Assembly (NCBI GenBank): GCA_964016885.1
Contig: OZ024742.1
Span: forward strand, 229,462,001-229,526,000
DNA length: 64,000 nucleotides
From: Eledone cirrhosa
Lineage: Eukaryota
Reading direction: 5' to 3'
Shown: piece after piece, positions 25,688 to 39,700 of the stretch
Position numbering within the stretch: the stretch's first letter is position 1
How the letters are laid out: every line of letters begins with the position of its first letter
The notes under the pieces: model-generated
What the model was told of the DNA's origin: nothing
The model's input: the letters and a program-made list of their open reading frames with translations, nothing else
Databases searched by the model: none
Made by a program: the position numbers and the translations under genes

Positions 25688-26301
25688 TGTCAGGTCACCA
25701 GTTGGTTCTACTGGTAACATGTATCCCAGTACAACCTGTCTCATGGTCGGGTCGTTGGCGACTAAACTGTCAAACCCCACCAAGGTTTCTTGGTGAGGAG
25801 GGTGACTTTGGACATCCTGCAGGACTAAAAACAAAACCTGTCAAAGGGCAAAGGAGCTCTTAAGAGTCAATGGCCATCCAAAATCACCGGGAGAGATGAC
25901 CCCTTAGCCTTTGTCAAGGCAGAATTCTAGGAGAAGGAAAACTCTGATATAGCACCTGCAACCCTGATGGTATCCAATGATGTTGATGTGTTCTTCTTTT
26001 TGGTAAATATCATCTTGGTTAAGAGAGTGGGACTGGCTTTGTGCAGTGCCTTTGCTCACTATAAAAGCTTCACGGCACAGGTATTGCTTTATATCTGGAG
26101 ATCTCTCTGCACTTGTCATCACAGGATACAATGGTCCCAGCACTATGTGTCAGTAATTGTCACAAGTGTAGTGTTTGTACCAAAGTTTTCAAGTCGCTGG
26201 CTGGACTAAAAAGTCACACTCGTTCAGCGCATCAGTAGGGGTTCTGCTACATGGATATAAAATAGTGGCCGTACTCGAAAACGAGTTGGCAGCCACAACC
26301 A
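25688..26301 (+). mobile_element. non-autonomous RTE derivative type A (5' UTR + last zinc finger + 3' tail)
   Basis: It has an RTE-type 5' UTR (ttctaggagaaggaaaactctga), the peptide HKCSVCTKVFKSLAGLKSHTRSAHQ* and the tail ggccgtactcgaaaacgagttggcagcca. A second copy lies at 29667-30250 and a head-only copy at 26317-26510. Confidence 0.75.
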
Positions 26302-26548
26302 TGTGTGTATGTATGTTATGTCCGGTCATTCTTGAGTGCTACTGGTAACATGTAACCCAGTACAACGTGTCGCATAGTCTGGTCGTCAGCGACTAAACCG
26401 GCAACCCCACCAGGTTTACTTGTTGAGGAGTGTGATTTGAGGCACCCTGCAGGACAAAAAACAAAACCTGACAAAGGGTGGAAGAAAACATGAGTCAACG
26501 GTCATCAAAAAATGTCTAAATATGTATGTACATGTGTATATATATGTA

Positions 26549-29250
26549 TGTATGTATGTTCTTCTGGTTTTATAATTTCACAAAATGTTACCAATAGAGA
26601 GAGTCGGTTTCGAACATAGACACAAGGCTCTCTTATTGGAATTTACACAACATCAACTAGGTAGATATGTATGCATGCATGTGTAGATATGGATGTTATT
26701 GTATGAGTGGATGTGTATGTTTTGAGTTGTATGTGTGCAGGTGTATATGCTTTGTATCTGTACATGTGTATATGCAGTTATTAGATGCAAAATATTTGGA
26801 ATGTTTTACATATTTTTACTGTTCCTTTAATGGATTGTACTTTTAATTTCCAAACCTGTTGTGTTCTTTCTGTTCCTGTGAAGCCTAGCTTCTTTAAGAT
26901 TTGTATTGAGGCAGTTTCTAACATAACTCAGTGCCCCAATAATCACAGGCATAAATCTGAAGGTGTAATCAGGGTGGAGTATCTGCAGATTTCTCATCAG
27001 TTCTGCATAAATAATCTCCTTTTCGATAATCTTTGATATTATATTGGCATCTGCTGGGCAGCTAATTTTTACTAGTGTGCATGCTTTATTCTCCCTGTCC
27101 TATATCATAATATCTGGTCTGTTATGCCTGCATTTTATTGGGGTTTTTACTGGAACATTCCACCAGTACTCTTTCATATTATGTACATGGATGTCTTCCA
27201 CATTGCTGTAGTTTTAATGTGTTTATTATCAGGGCTATCTTTTTTACGAACTGCATTGTACAGTATTTTGGCCACTACATCATGCCTCGTAGGTAGATAG
27301 TACCGCGATGACATCTTTGGACAGCTGCTTATGACATGGGTGATATCCTCGATGTTAGTTCTGCAGAGTCTGCACTTGGTATCACATCTAGGTGTTTTGC
27401 CTGCATCCCTATCTCTTTTGTGGATCAGGTATTTCGTGTTAATCTCCTGTTCTTGGATTGCAAAAGCGTATCCTTCAAAGTGGGAGCCAATATAGCGGTC
27501 GTTGGTCCAAGATAGACTACTTTCCTTATCTATATTACTCTCACTCTGGAGCTTCCTGGCAACATATCCATGCATGATTTTTTGCTGATAAGTATGCAGT
27601 TTTTCATCCATGGATTCACTACGTTACTGCTGAGCGAGTTCCCTGGGGGTGAGTTTTTGATTATCACACAGGGAATATCTGTCGAGGAGTTCCTTCCCAA
27701 CTCTCATGATCTTATCTATTTCATGCATATAGACTTGCTCGAGAGACGGCCTCCTACGATTCGAGGTTCGTAGATGTTGTCGGAGGGATATGATGCAATA
27801 TTCAAATGCTGTCTGGACTGATGTTAGGCCTCTGCCACACTGCTTACGTTTCAAGTAAAGGCGGTCTATGTCACTGTTGTTGTGGAAGTTTCCGGTGTTG
27901 TTTAGTATTTTTCGAGTTCCAACATCAACTGCTCGGATTTCGTCTATCGTCCAATTGAGTATTCCAAACGTTGGTGTTAGGACAGGCACAGCAAACACAT
28001 TGTGAGTCACTATTTTGTTTTGCGCAGAGAGTTCCGATGACGAGATCTTTCTTAATCGGGTGTAGTATTCCCTGGTTACGCGTTCTTTATTACAGATACC
28101 ATTATAGGATATGTTCTCATCTATCCCCAGGTATCTGTAGCAGTGCTCATCAGATATCGGTGAAACAGTGAGGCCATTGATGACAACGTTGCTAGATTGG
28201 GTTGTTGTTTTTCCCCGCTTTACAGTCATATATGAGCATCTATCTTGGCCAAACTCCATTCCTATATCCTTTGAGAACGTTGTAACAAGGTCAAGATTTT
28301 TCTTCATCCCATCCATGTTCTTGGCATAGAGTTTCAGATCGTCCACAAAGAAGTTATGGGTTAGGTTCGTATTTCTTTCCTCCTGTGAGTCAATGATGTA
28401 TCCCTTACATTTTTGAGCAGAAAGGACAAGGGGTTTAATGACAAGATGAATAATATCACAGAGAGACTGTCCCCCTGAAATATACCCCTGCAATATTTTA
28501 TTTTATCAGTGAAAATAGAGTCCTCCCTCTCTGTCTTTAACCTTAGGATAGTAGCCCAAGAAGAAGACAACATCTCTATGGCTCTGACAATAATCTCTGG
28601 GACTTTAGTAAGTTGGAGGGCCTCTATCATCCAAGAGTCGGGAACAGAATCGAAAGCTTTCCTGTAGTCCAGCCAGACTGTAGCTATATTCCTCCTAAGT
28701 TGTCGCACCTCCGACATCGCAGTTTTGTTGATTAGGAGTTGTTCAGAACATACCCAAACCCCTTTCTTTCCAGCTGCTTGTTCATCTGTGATGATGCTAT
28801 TATTTTCACAGTGATCTTGGAGGAATAGGTTCAGGCAGGATGTATACATCTTATACATCAGGTTCTGTCATGCAATGGGTCGGTAGTTTTTTGCCAAGTG
28901 GGTGCCTTTGTTCTTGGGCACCAGTAATGTTTGTGCTAATGTCAACCATTCTGGTATAAGTGTACCTCCCTTAAGAACTTGTTGGTAGAGGTCAGTAAGA
29001 TACCTCCGAAAGAATATAAGTTTTTTGTACCAGTAGCCGACAATCATGTCTCTTTCTGGTGTTTTCCTTATCATCTAAATGAATTATGTAGTTAGTCGGA
29101 TATCTCTACGAATTCGAATAAAAGAAGATATACTTAGAAGAATAACCAGTTACTCAACATGACTGTAGTTGTGGCATTACTGTCGGAGATAGTATTCATC
29201 TTACATTTAATAAATAGTCTCCCACGCCAAAATATGCGACTGATCGCGTT
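26549..29250 (-). mobile_element. R4/Dong-type LINE (RT + CCHC + restriction-like endonuclease), decayed
   Basis: Motifs are KNYRPIA, WLDYRKAFDSV, GIFQGDSLS, FFVDDLKLYA, YRYLG, GRGL, CRLC...HVISSC, RHD and PDIMI. It has several frameshifts, and its 3' end abuts (CATA)n. Confidence 0.88.
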
Positions 29251-29337
29251 GACATGTATGTATGTATGTATGTATGTATGTATGTATGTATGTATGTATG
29301 TATGTATGTATGTATGTGTATGGATATGTATGTATAT

Positions 29338-29640
29338 GCGCGGAGACATAGAAATAATCGGGCTGGATACCTGATCACTGGGAGTGAAGGACCTATACCC
29401 TTTGTCAGGGCATTCTTCTAGGTGAAAACAACTGAGAAAACTGGGACAACTCCGACATAGAACCTGTAGCTCAGTAGTTACCGGTGATGATGATCTTTTC
29501 TTCTTTTCGGGTTATAGCTACTGTCGCTCAGAGAGTGGGATTGGTTCAGTTCACTTTAAAAAAATCTTCACGCACAGGCATTGCACTGTGGCATTAATTT
29601 ATAATTACTAATAATGGTATAACGAGGGGGCAGCCATCGT
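29338..29640 (+). mobile_element. non-autonomous RTE derivative type B
   Basis: Head gcgcggagacatagaaa...ttcttctaggtgaa and tail ataacgagggggcagccatc + (TGTA)n. The paralogue is at 49540-49891. Confidence 0.7.
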
Positions 29641-29666
29641 GTATGTATTTATGTATGTATGTATTA

Positions 29667-30250
29667 TGTCAGGTCACCAGTTGGTGTTACTGGTAACATG
29701 TATCCCTGTAAAACCTGTCTCATGAACGGGTCGTTGGCGACTAAACTGGCAACCCCACCAAGGTTTCTTGGTGAGGAGGGTGACATTGGACATCCTGCAG
29801 GACTAAAAACAAAACCTATCAAAGGGCAAAGGAGCTCTTAAAAGTCAATGGCCATCCAAAATCACAGGGAGAGATGACCCCTTAGCCTTTGTTAAGGCAG
29901 AATTCTAGGATACCCTAATGGTATCCAATGATGTTGACTTGTTCTTCTTTTTGGTAAATATCATCTTGGTTAAGAGAGTGGGACTGGCTTTGTGCAGTGC
30001 CTTTGCTCACTATAAAAGCTTCACGGCACAGGCATTGCTTTGTATCTGGAGATCTCTCTGCACTTGTCGTCACATGGTACCATGGGCCCAGCACTATGTG
30101 TCAATAATTGTCACAAGTGTAGTGTTTGTACCAGAATTTTCAAGTCGCTGGCTGGACTAAAGAGTCACACTCGTTAAGCGCATCGGTAGGGGTTCTCCTA
30201 CATGGATATAAAGTAGTGGCCGTACTCGAAAACGAGTTGGCAGTCACCAT
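29667..30250 (+). mobile_element. non-autonomous RTE derivative type A, second copy
   Basis: Colinear with 25688-26301 apart from a roughly 30-bp deletion near 29910. Confidence 0.75.
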
Positions 30251-30898
30251 GTGTGTATGTATGTTTATATGTATGGACGTATGTATGTATTATTTATGTA
30301 TATATGTATGTATGGATGTATGTACGTAATTGTATATGAATTTAAGCGTACATACACATATCTGCACACACGTATAGCCTCGTCACACACATAAACAAAA
30401 CACGTTCACGTACATACACAAGAAACTATTCCAGAATATAATTATAGCCATTTTAGTATTTTTTCGGCATCTGTTTTCTATGTTTAAACGGAATATTGCG
30501 AACATTCAGTAACACTACACTCACTTTAATTACTAGTTTCAATATAATTGATAACATATATATTATCACAAAACTACTAGTTCTGTCATTTGAACGCACG
30601 TATATATCGTTGCCATAACATATGGTACACTATAATGATCTTATATATATTATTCACCATAGTGACCTGTCATTTATTGATTGGCCGACGATGAACTGTG
30701 CGCCATTGAAACGTCAAATTTCACATCTGCCATTATAATCTAAATTATATTTATGTACTTTATATATATATATATAGAGAGAGAGATTATTTTGGTTTCA
30801 TGTGAGTATGTGCATATTGAAATACCATATACATTGTTTATGTATATGCATATGAATATGATTATATATAAATATATATATATACATATATATATATG

Positions 30899-30932
<34 letters not shown>

Positions 30933-30934
30933 TG

Positions 30935-31014
<80 letters not shown>

Positions 31015-31257
31015 CATGCATATGTACATATGATATATGCATGCATACAAACACACACGCACATATTGATTTGTTCATATAAGGAATCATATGTGTCTGT
31101 CGAAGTATGTACGTTGTGTAAAGTAAGAATATGTATGGCATTATCTGATTTCAAGTGTTTCGGCGTTCTAGGTGTACATACATATATATATATATATATC
31201 ATATATTATTGCTGGGAAAGATGTTGTTCTCTATGCTTCTGCCACTTTGTCAATTGG

Positions 31258-31323
<66 letters not shown>

Positions 31324-31564
31324 ACGCATACATATATATAATGAAGGAGTTGTTGTAAGGAACCAGAAGGACCATAACGCCTCAGAGTACTCAATACTGA
31401 GGTTAGTAGAGTGGGTAATAGGAAAATGTATGACCCCTACGACAAAGCTCAAGCCGTTTCGATGGCTATTTAGTTTAGAATGTAATCCAGAAATAGCCGT
31501 CGAAACGGCTTGAGCTCTGCCGTCGAGGTCATACATTTTCATATATATATATATGTATATTGAA

Positions 31565-31945
31565 TTTTTTTTTTTTTGCAAGATTTCCTATCTGAAGACG
31601 TGTGTTGAAACAGATATTGGTATACTTTGGGAGGGTCATGCTGCCAATAAAACAAAAGCACCTGCTCGTTTGCACTTCAATTTATTACAAACTTCCGGTT
31701 GGTTGGTTGGGTCGATAAGCGGATGGCTGTTTATATATTGTCAAAGCTCTTTCGTCACACATTCTGTGACCTCCTCGCACACAACATACAAAAACAAGAG
31801 GGTGTAGGACAGAACAAAGGAGGGACACAAAAATAAAAGCCCAGACCAGAGTCACTGAGGAGCTCAAAAACTGTGTGACGAAATTTATATTAAACTAAAG
31901 TGAAAACGAACAGGTGCGTGTTTTTTTTATTAGCAGCATGAACCC
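31565..31945. mobile_element. two pLTR fragments in inverted orientation, each with a damaged hammerhead
   Basis: The minus arm has GAGGA g GTCACA gaatg TGTGAC GAAA gagc TT TGAC (31740-31776). The plus arm has gtca CTGAGGA g..GTGAC GAAA (31851-31883). Confidence 0.7.
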
Positions 31946-31974
31946 CCCCCCCCCCCCCCGCCCAATGTAACAAG

Positions 31975-32680
31975 TGCAATCTCATTTACACAGGAAGCAC
32001 TATTCGACCGTTACATCTCCGTATTAAATACCATGTTAACACCAACTCCTCTTCTTCCGCAAACAGATCATCAAATATGGAAACCGGGACAAGATTACCA
32101 CCACAATCTTAGCTACCGGATGCAATATAGGTACGCTGAGAATTAAGGAAGCCCTCTTCATCAATCAATTAAAACCTAGGATCAATAATGGAATGGAAAG
32201 AAGTGCACCAGAATGGCTAATTTAAAAGCCTGTATTCCAAGATCTCAGCGGCCTTTTTCATTATTTATTTCAAATTAAATCTATGTCCTTACTAGGCAAA
32301 ACACTTACTCACACACGCACAAATATATATCGCACACATATTTTTCCCGTTTTATTATATAAATATTCGCACACATCTTTCACTACGTAAACATCATACA
32401 CACACATACAAACATCCCACTAAGTACACTTTCATTCACGCACACACAATACATATCAAACACATCACAACACACACGTTCAAAATTTTAACCTCTTTTC
32501 ATTTCATTTAACTGAAATCGGCTCTCCAAACAAGCAAATAAATTTGTCCGATTTTTTACGTCACTCATAGGATTACTCCCTTGATAATGGGTTTTTAAAC
32601 CCCAAAATATTTGGGATCGTTAAATTTGCGAGGGTAAGATTCTTTTGTTATCTTGGCGATTTTGGTTTGCAAAATTATTT
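31975..32680 (+). mobile_element. 3' fragment of another PLE family (GIY-YIG C-terminus + pLTR)
   Basis: TILATGCNIGTLRIKEALFINQLKPRIN, with a downstream hammerhead-like motif TCCC TTGATAA t GGGTTT tt AAACCC cAAA atat TT GGGA (32577-32616, G12 mutated). Confidence 0.65.
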
Positions 32681-32693
32681 ATATATATATATA

Positions 32694-32737
<44 letters not shown>

Positions 32738-33708
32738 GAGTGTGTGTGTGAGAGAGGGAGAGAGAGAGTATTTGGTGCTGAGACCACTAATCACGGGACG
32801 AAGCCACTTGGCACGTGGTTAAGATTTTTCCTCTCTCTCTCTCCCCCACGCGCTCTCTCTCACTATATATATTTATGAAGTTATTTATTTATGTTCATAC
32901 AGGTTTCAATGCCCAATAGTGACCAAAAATCCAGATCGTAAGATCGATCAACATTGTGACCTTATCTTTAGGCGCGTATATATATATATATATATGGGGG
33001 GGGGGATTATTCGTTACCAAGGGTGTAAAAGCTGAATGTGTTAATAACTTATGGAACAATACAGAGCGTAATCGTTCAAATTAGGTGAAAAACCAACAAT
33101 TTCATAGTTCAAATCATTTTATTAATTTCTATGAACATTTCGATTTATTGAAATGTAATTGCAAACATCAAAAACAATTTACTGATTAATTAATTCATTA
33201 ATTAAATCAACAAATATTTCAATCACATTTCACAAATCTCCTCAGGAAATAGATTTTAGATTACAAATATAAGGTGAATAGTAGTATTAAAACTAAATGG
33301 AAGAGTTACATAAGCACTAATGTTTAACATTATGCAATCTGATTTAAGCAACTTAGAAGTCTAATATATAGAAGAAAACCAGTCAACTTGCTGCAATTAT
33401 TCTTCAGGTAACATATAACATACTTACATAATGCCAACACCCATAGTGCATTCATTTGAATATGTCACCTCTTTTTCAAATAAGACACAGTTTACAACGC
33501 TGCAACGTTACACCTTTTGGTGTTTTCTCACCTAAATTGAAGTATATATATATATATATATATATGTATACATATGATCGTATGTGTGTGTGTATCTGTT
33601 TATGTGTGAAAATGTGTGAGTGTGTGTGTGTATACTTAATGAGTGTTCAAATTACTGTAGTACTTAATACATTCAAAAGTCTACTAAATAAATTCTGAAT
33701 ACACACAA

Positions 33709-33788
<80 letters not shown>

Positions 33789-36459
33789 TTACATGAAAAC
33801 ATGTATAAGTGTATGTATGTGTGTGTACGTATAATTTGGTATGTACTAAGAAAGAAAGAGCGGAAGAAAGATGTAGAGCTATATTCAACCTCACCAAGAA
33901 TATACTACTCAGTACTAATGAACATTGCCAACACGCTATCATCCATTAATAATACGAAATGATAATGAAAAATTGAAATGACCAGAGACTACATAACTTT
34001 AACCCTCGCAAATGGAATTGCTTTTCACGAAACATATGTCCGGGCGATGGCAATTATTTAGAAACGGCCGTTATCTGTGCAGTCAGTGTCACGTCAAAAA
34101 TTAATCATAATGGAATATATTATATCGGATTAATACCAAAATCAATAAAAATAGCTATCACCAGGATATGAACATTACAATTTGAAATTAGATATTATCA
34201 CACATTAAAACGTATCGAATTGGATTGGATAATATCTTAATGATAAATATCTAATTTTTGAAAAATATATAATCATTTCATTTTAACGCATTTTAGACAA
34301 AATAATGTACTCTCTCAATATCTAACACGTTTTTTTAATTAATGTATTCTTGGCAAACTCTAAATTTTTAATTATTTCTCATATTTTCAGTAATACAAAA
34401 AAGAAAACTGTTCTGTATGAATATAAATGGTTTATATTTGTCTGAACTTCCATCATAATTTCATGGAAATACTTTTCTCAAATTATATTCCAAACACCGG
34501 ATAAATAATGAAGAATTTAGTTATATTACTGAATCCCTCCAAATTCCTGAATATTTTCTAAATTATTTGGAAATCATAGGCAGTGTCTTTTATGAGAAGT
34601 ATGATTAAGAAGGGGGTAACATTTACTATACATATATTCTTTAAGAGTTTTTGAGTTAATTTGTTTGATTGGCTAAGAGATATGAAGAAGAATCGACCGA
34701 AGTGTTGAACTGGTAATATATTTGTCGACACCGAAAGAAGGAAGAGAGTGGCAGAGCAAATAACGAGGTATTTAATCTGACGCTCCAAAGACTCAGCCAA
34801 TTCGTCGCCTTTCTGTAAGTGAATCGTATTATATTATTGATATGATTTTATAACAATCCCTGAACTGCTAATAAATGAATGGTTTAGAACGACAATATAT
34901 TAACAGCAAGGATTAAGGTGAATGAAAGTCCAGTGATATTACATATACTTTGAAAGCGTATGGCTTGTTGCTTAGTGTGTTGAACGACTCTCGGTGATGC
35001 AAGCATATCAATTTACGTTAACCAACTCCAAAGAGCTGGAAAAGAAAAATAGCGCCTGCAATTCAAAGAAACATACTTGTCACACACTATGTCACACTAA
35101 ATCTCACTGAGAATTATATCAAGGCAGCACTTGTCTGTGGAATGTTCAACCAAAAACACGCACTTTAATTTCATGAGCAGCCTGTTCCTTTGATAAAACA
35201 ACTGGAACATTTGTCATCGGAACCGACGGAAGTCCAACTCGCCTCACACTCTTTCCCTTCTCTCTTCTTTTCCACCACTTCTTCTTTTTCTTCCTTGTTT
35301 GTTAACATCTCTCCTTTTTCTTCACCTTGCATTTCTTCTCCTTCTTCATTTTCCAAATCTTTTTTCCTTTCTTTCGACACCGTTTCTTACTTCTCTTCCC
35401 TTTCGTTTAGCTTTTATGTCCTTCACTCATCTCTTTTCTATCTGTTTCAATCTTTTCCGTCCTTCTTTGCCCGCTTCCCCTCATGCATTTCCCTCTCTCC
35501 TCTCTCTGTATTTTTTTCTTTCTATCGTTGTCCTCCTCTCTATTTCACTTCATATTCCTCTTTGTCTACGATTTCTTTCGTTCTACCCTCTTATTAACTC
35601 TCTCCATTTCTCATATTTTTCTTTCTTCCACCCTCTCTCTCTCTTTGCGTTAACGCTAGGCATGTCGATAAAATTCCTAGCCACTTGAACGTTAACTTCA
35701 CGTACAGACTGTTTTATTGACCAAGCAATTAAAACACTCATCGAAACCGATGAAGATCCATTCCAGTATATTATTGAAGTATTTCAGGCGGTGGGTTCGC
35801 AGAATCGTTATAACATCGGAATAAATGTCTTGCGGCATTTATTCTGAGTTTTTATATTCTCAGTTAAAATCCCGCTGTGGTCAACTTTACATTCCATCGA
35901 ACTAAGGTCTATAAAATAATAAAATAACAAAATAATATACCAGTCAAGTAGTGGGAGTCGATATAATCGACTTTCCTCTCCTCCAAAATTGCTGGCTTTG
36001 TGCCAATGCTAGAACGAATTATATTATTGAAATAATATTATATAGCGACCTCTGAACTGCTAATAAACAAGTTGAGGCAAAAAGAGTATTTTAGAACGAT
36101 AATAAATTAATGACGGTGATTAAGGGGAATGAATTCTAACGATATTATCCATTTAAAAAATCTAGCGAACTGACCTTTGTATTTTCTGAAAGAGTAAGAT
36201 TGTAACTACATTCGTAATAATTACAATATTTCATTTGATTAAATGAATTAGAAAATTATTAGCTAATATTTTTTTATAGAACCATAACTTATAGCAGTGA
36301 ATTGTAATTGCTTGAGTTGTTAAGGTGTCTGGCTACGAATTAGGAGGTCAATAATTAATAGCTTGCCAATAGTAATAAAACATTTACTTGATAATTACCG
36401 AATCCATCAACCTGTAAATACATGCCACAGGGAGCAGTTATTATAATTATATAAAAATA

Positions 36460-36967
36460 ATTGTTTCTACTTTTGACACAAGGCCAGCAATTATCCCAGT
36501 GTATTACGGGTACTTTATTTTATCGTCCCCGTAAGGATGAAAGGCAAAGTTAACCTCGGCGGGATTTGAACTCAGGCCATAATTATATGAAAATAATAAT
36601 AATTGTTTCTACTTTAGGCACAAGGCCAGCAATTTTAAGGAGATGGGAAAATCGATTAAATTGAACCCAGTACATTATTGATGCTCTATTTATCGATCCC
36701 GTAATGATGAAAGGCGAAGCTAACTTCGGCGGGATTTGAACTCAGAATGTAAAGGGCCTTAACTCTCTGCCACAAAGCCTGTTGTCTGACCCTCTACCGA
36801 TTCCTGCCAATCCACAACCACTAATAATAATAATTGTTTCTACTTTTCGCACAAGGCCAGCAATCACGCAGTGTATTACTGGTACTTTATTTTATCGACC
36901 CCGTAAGGATGAAAGGCAAAGTTAACCTCGGCGGGATTTGAACTCAGACCATAAAGGACCGTAACTC

Positions 36968-37003
<36 letters not shown>

Positions 37004-37215
37004 TGTTACTACTTTCGGCACAAGGCCACAAGGCCATATGAAATGTAGGGGAAAGTCTATCAAATCAACCCCTAGTGTATTACTGGGGCTTTATTTTATC
37101 GACCTCGTAAGGATTAAAGGGAAAGCCAACCTGGGATTTGAATATAAAGGGCATTAACTCTATGCCGCGAAGCATTTTCTCTGACGCTCTACCGATTACT
37201 TCCAATCATCAACCA
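36460..37215 (-). mobile_element. head-to-tail array of four SINE copies separated by (TAA)n
   Basis: ttgtttctacttt..cacaaggcc...cgtaaggatgaaaggcaaagttaacctcggcgggatttgaactcag repeats at about 36461, 36601, 36833 and 37001. Confidence 0.85.
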
Positions 37216-37234
37216 TTAACAACAACAATAATAA

Positions 37235-39700
37235 TTTCATTATTGACCACTAGGACCTATATATAGAGGAGAGTAAGGGTTTACAAAAAATTTCGAGTAA
37301 AAGTATGTATAAAAACAATAAGAATTAACAAAAGAAATGCAAAAATGAAAATTCCCCAATACGGGGGATAACCACCCAGTAGCGACTTAGGTAGCTCACC
37401 AATCCTGAACCATCCAATGGTTCGAGGGCAACCAGGCAGGGCACCCCTCTCCACACATCAACCAGCCCGTTCACAAGTGCCATTCTCGCCACATTCACAC
37501 ATCTTTTAGCAAATGAATAAGGTGTCAACACTTCTCTCTCTACCCTCACCTTCATTTCCAGTCCTTTCAAGTCCTTTCAATCTGGTCCACCACACAACCT
37601 CTTTCACTAGCTCCCAGAGAAAGGAAAACCGCTTGTCCTTCCCGACCAAAAGTCGGGACAATCTTCAGTGTGGACTCAGTCGATAGCTGGATCCATCCTA
37701 CACGCGACAACAAGTCAGTAATGCATGGACAGTGGTCGAGTGCGTGCAGAACGCTTTCGTTACTCTACGCGCATCTCATGCAGGTTCGTCTGACAGTACT
37801 TCCGTGTCTGTAGAGTTTATCTCGAACCGGCAGTGCCTCCCAACAGCACTGCCAAGCGATGGATTTCTGGAAGTCATCTGTAGTCCCGACTCAAAATTCT
37901 CACGGAACATACTGGTCAGTTCTACTTCGTAGAGACCCAGAGTGTCTCCGGACGCGTCATCGCAATTGCCCACCACGGCATGCTCAGCCTTCCACGTAGA
38001 GGGTGATGATCGCAGATGGAACACCTTACGAACGGAATCTCTCCCCTGCACAAGAAGTTGAAGAGGAGCCGTTCCAATTTGGCGAGGTGCGATCGGGTGC
38101 AAGGCACGATGGTCATGCGGTAGTAGATGAGGGACGCCACCTCCACCCGACCTTTCAGGGAGAGCTTCCTGGTGGCCCATTTCTTGGTGGGAGTGGCTAC
38201 ACTGTTCGTAACCTCGTCCCGATCCTTATCTAGCTGGAGGTCTAAATCAGACTCCTAGCAAATTTAGCGGGCTGTCCATCCAACGCCTGACGATGGTGTT
38301 GAATGGCATGGGCTTGTCTCCCCAGGTGCCAACTTTTCCGGGTTTAGTTTTGCTCCCATCAACCTTTCGTATTCCTCAAAGAAGGAACTGAACAACTCGA
38401 TATTCGAGGTGTCCGAAACCATGACGGTGATGTCGTCTGCATATACCGATACAGCCTTTCCATGTCCTAGTTCGAGGGGGATGCCCTGCCACAGCTCCAG
38501 CTTCCACTCTAAAATCTCGAGTGTCAATACGTACAGAAGGGAAGAGAGAGGACAGCCTAGCAGGACCGATGGGGAGATCTGAAACGGTTCCGATCGATGG
38601 GCGTAAACTTTGACCACCGACCAGATACCGCTCTGCATTGCAGCAATCCAGCCTCTGAAGACGGGACCGAACATATCTGCTTTGAGGATAGCCTCTAGGT
38701 ACCGATGGTCGACCCTATCGCAAGCTTTCGATTGATTTTATTTGATCAGAGCCCCACTAAAGCCAGGTTTACACACCCCTCTCTATGATTTATCGCCTGC
38801 AGGTGGAGGATGCTGTGTATGGACCTTGTCGGGATTGCTCAAGTTTGCGCCTCTTCTACAAAATCCTCAAAGAAAGGCGCCAAAACCTTAAACTCTGCGT
38901 GTATCAGTTTTACGGGACTGAAGTTGTCTAACGTATCCCTCTTGTTCTCGTCTTTCCTCATGTGCGACACTACGCCCCGGCTCACACAACTGTAAATATT
39001 CCCGTTCTGCAGCCAGTTGCAGTAAAGCACTTCGAGGAGGTCTGAGAACAAGCCTGGCATATCTACGTAAACATCGAAGGGCAGACCATTAAAACCGGAT
39101 GACTTACGCCTCATGCAACCGACTACGGCACTCCGAAATTCTGCTGAAGTTATCGGCCTTGCGCAGCATTCAGCATCCGCTGGTGAGAGACGTGGTAGCC
39201 GTCTCTCACCAGCTTTCTCAGACTACCCCCCCCCCCTCCACACACACACCCGGACAGGTGAGCGAAGTGATAGCGAGAGGCCGCACATATCTGCCTGGAA
39301 TCGTTCAGCTCGTGTTCATCTCGGTCTGTTAATGACTGAATTCTGATTTTATTACCACGCTGCATCACAGCTATGCGGCCCCATCAAACAGGTTTTGTTC
39401 CTTTGTTTCATTGATGGCAGTCATATCCATATCTAATGACCTGAGGTCGTTCATCAAGTGACCCTGCTTCTCGGACGACTCCAGGCCACAAACATTCAAA
39501 CATCCTACTCTTAGGATGGCCATGTCAAAAGGCTAACAGGGAGAGGAAATGTTTACTTACCTGCCGGGGACTTGTGGAGGCCGGGAGGTTCGACCTCAAT
39601 AGTTTGAGGGGTTTCTTTTGGGAACCCCTTTAAATGTCTTGAATTCGCTTTCACATTTCAGGGTTCTCATATCCTGAGGAAAGCTCTCTCTAATCCATTT
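37235..39700 (-). mobile_element. L1/Tx1-like LINE ORF2, decayed and internally deleted
   Basis: APE start MAILRVGCLNVCGL...AINET (ATG at 39523). RT remnants are KSSGFNGLP, KACDRVDHRYL, GCPLSSLLYVL and VYADDIT. The 3' end lies in (TAA)n. Confidence 0.8.

Noticed and set aside
35171-35688. Ser/Phe/Leu- and Glu/Lys-rich ORFs
   Set aside because: This is a low-complexity polypyrimidine tract.
36460-37215. CRISPR-like regular repeats (also 61165-61244)
   Set aside because: These are SINE copies or spacer-less tandem repeats in eukaryotic DNA, with no cas genes.
39553-39575. U1 snRNA (tacttacctg)
   Set aside because: Similarity stops after about 15 nt, with no U1 stem-loops or Sm site.
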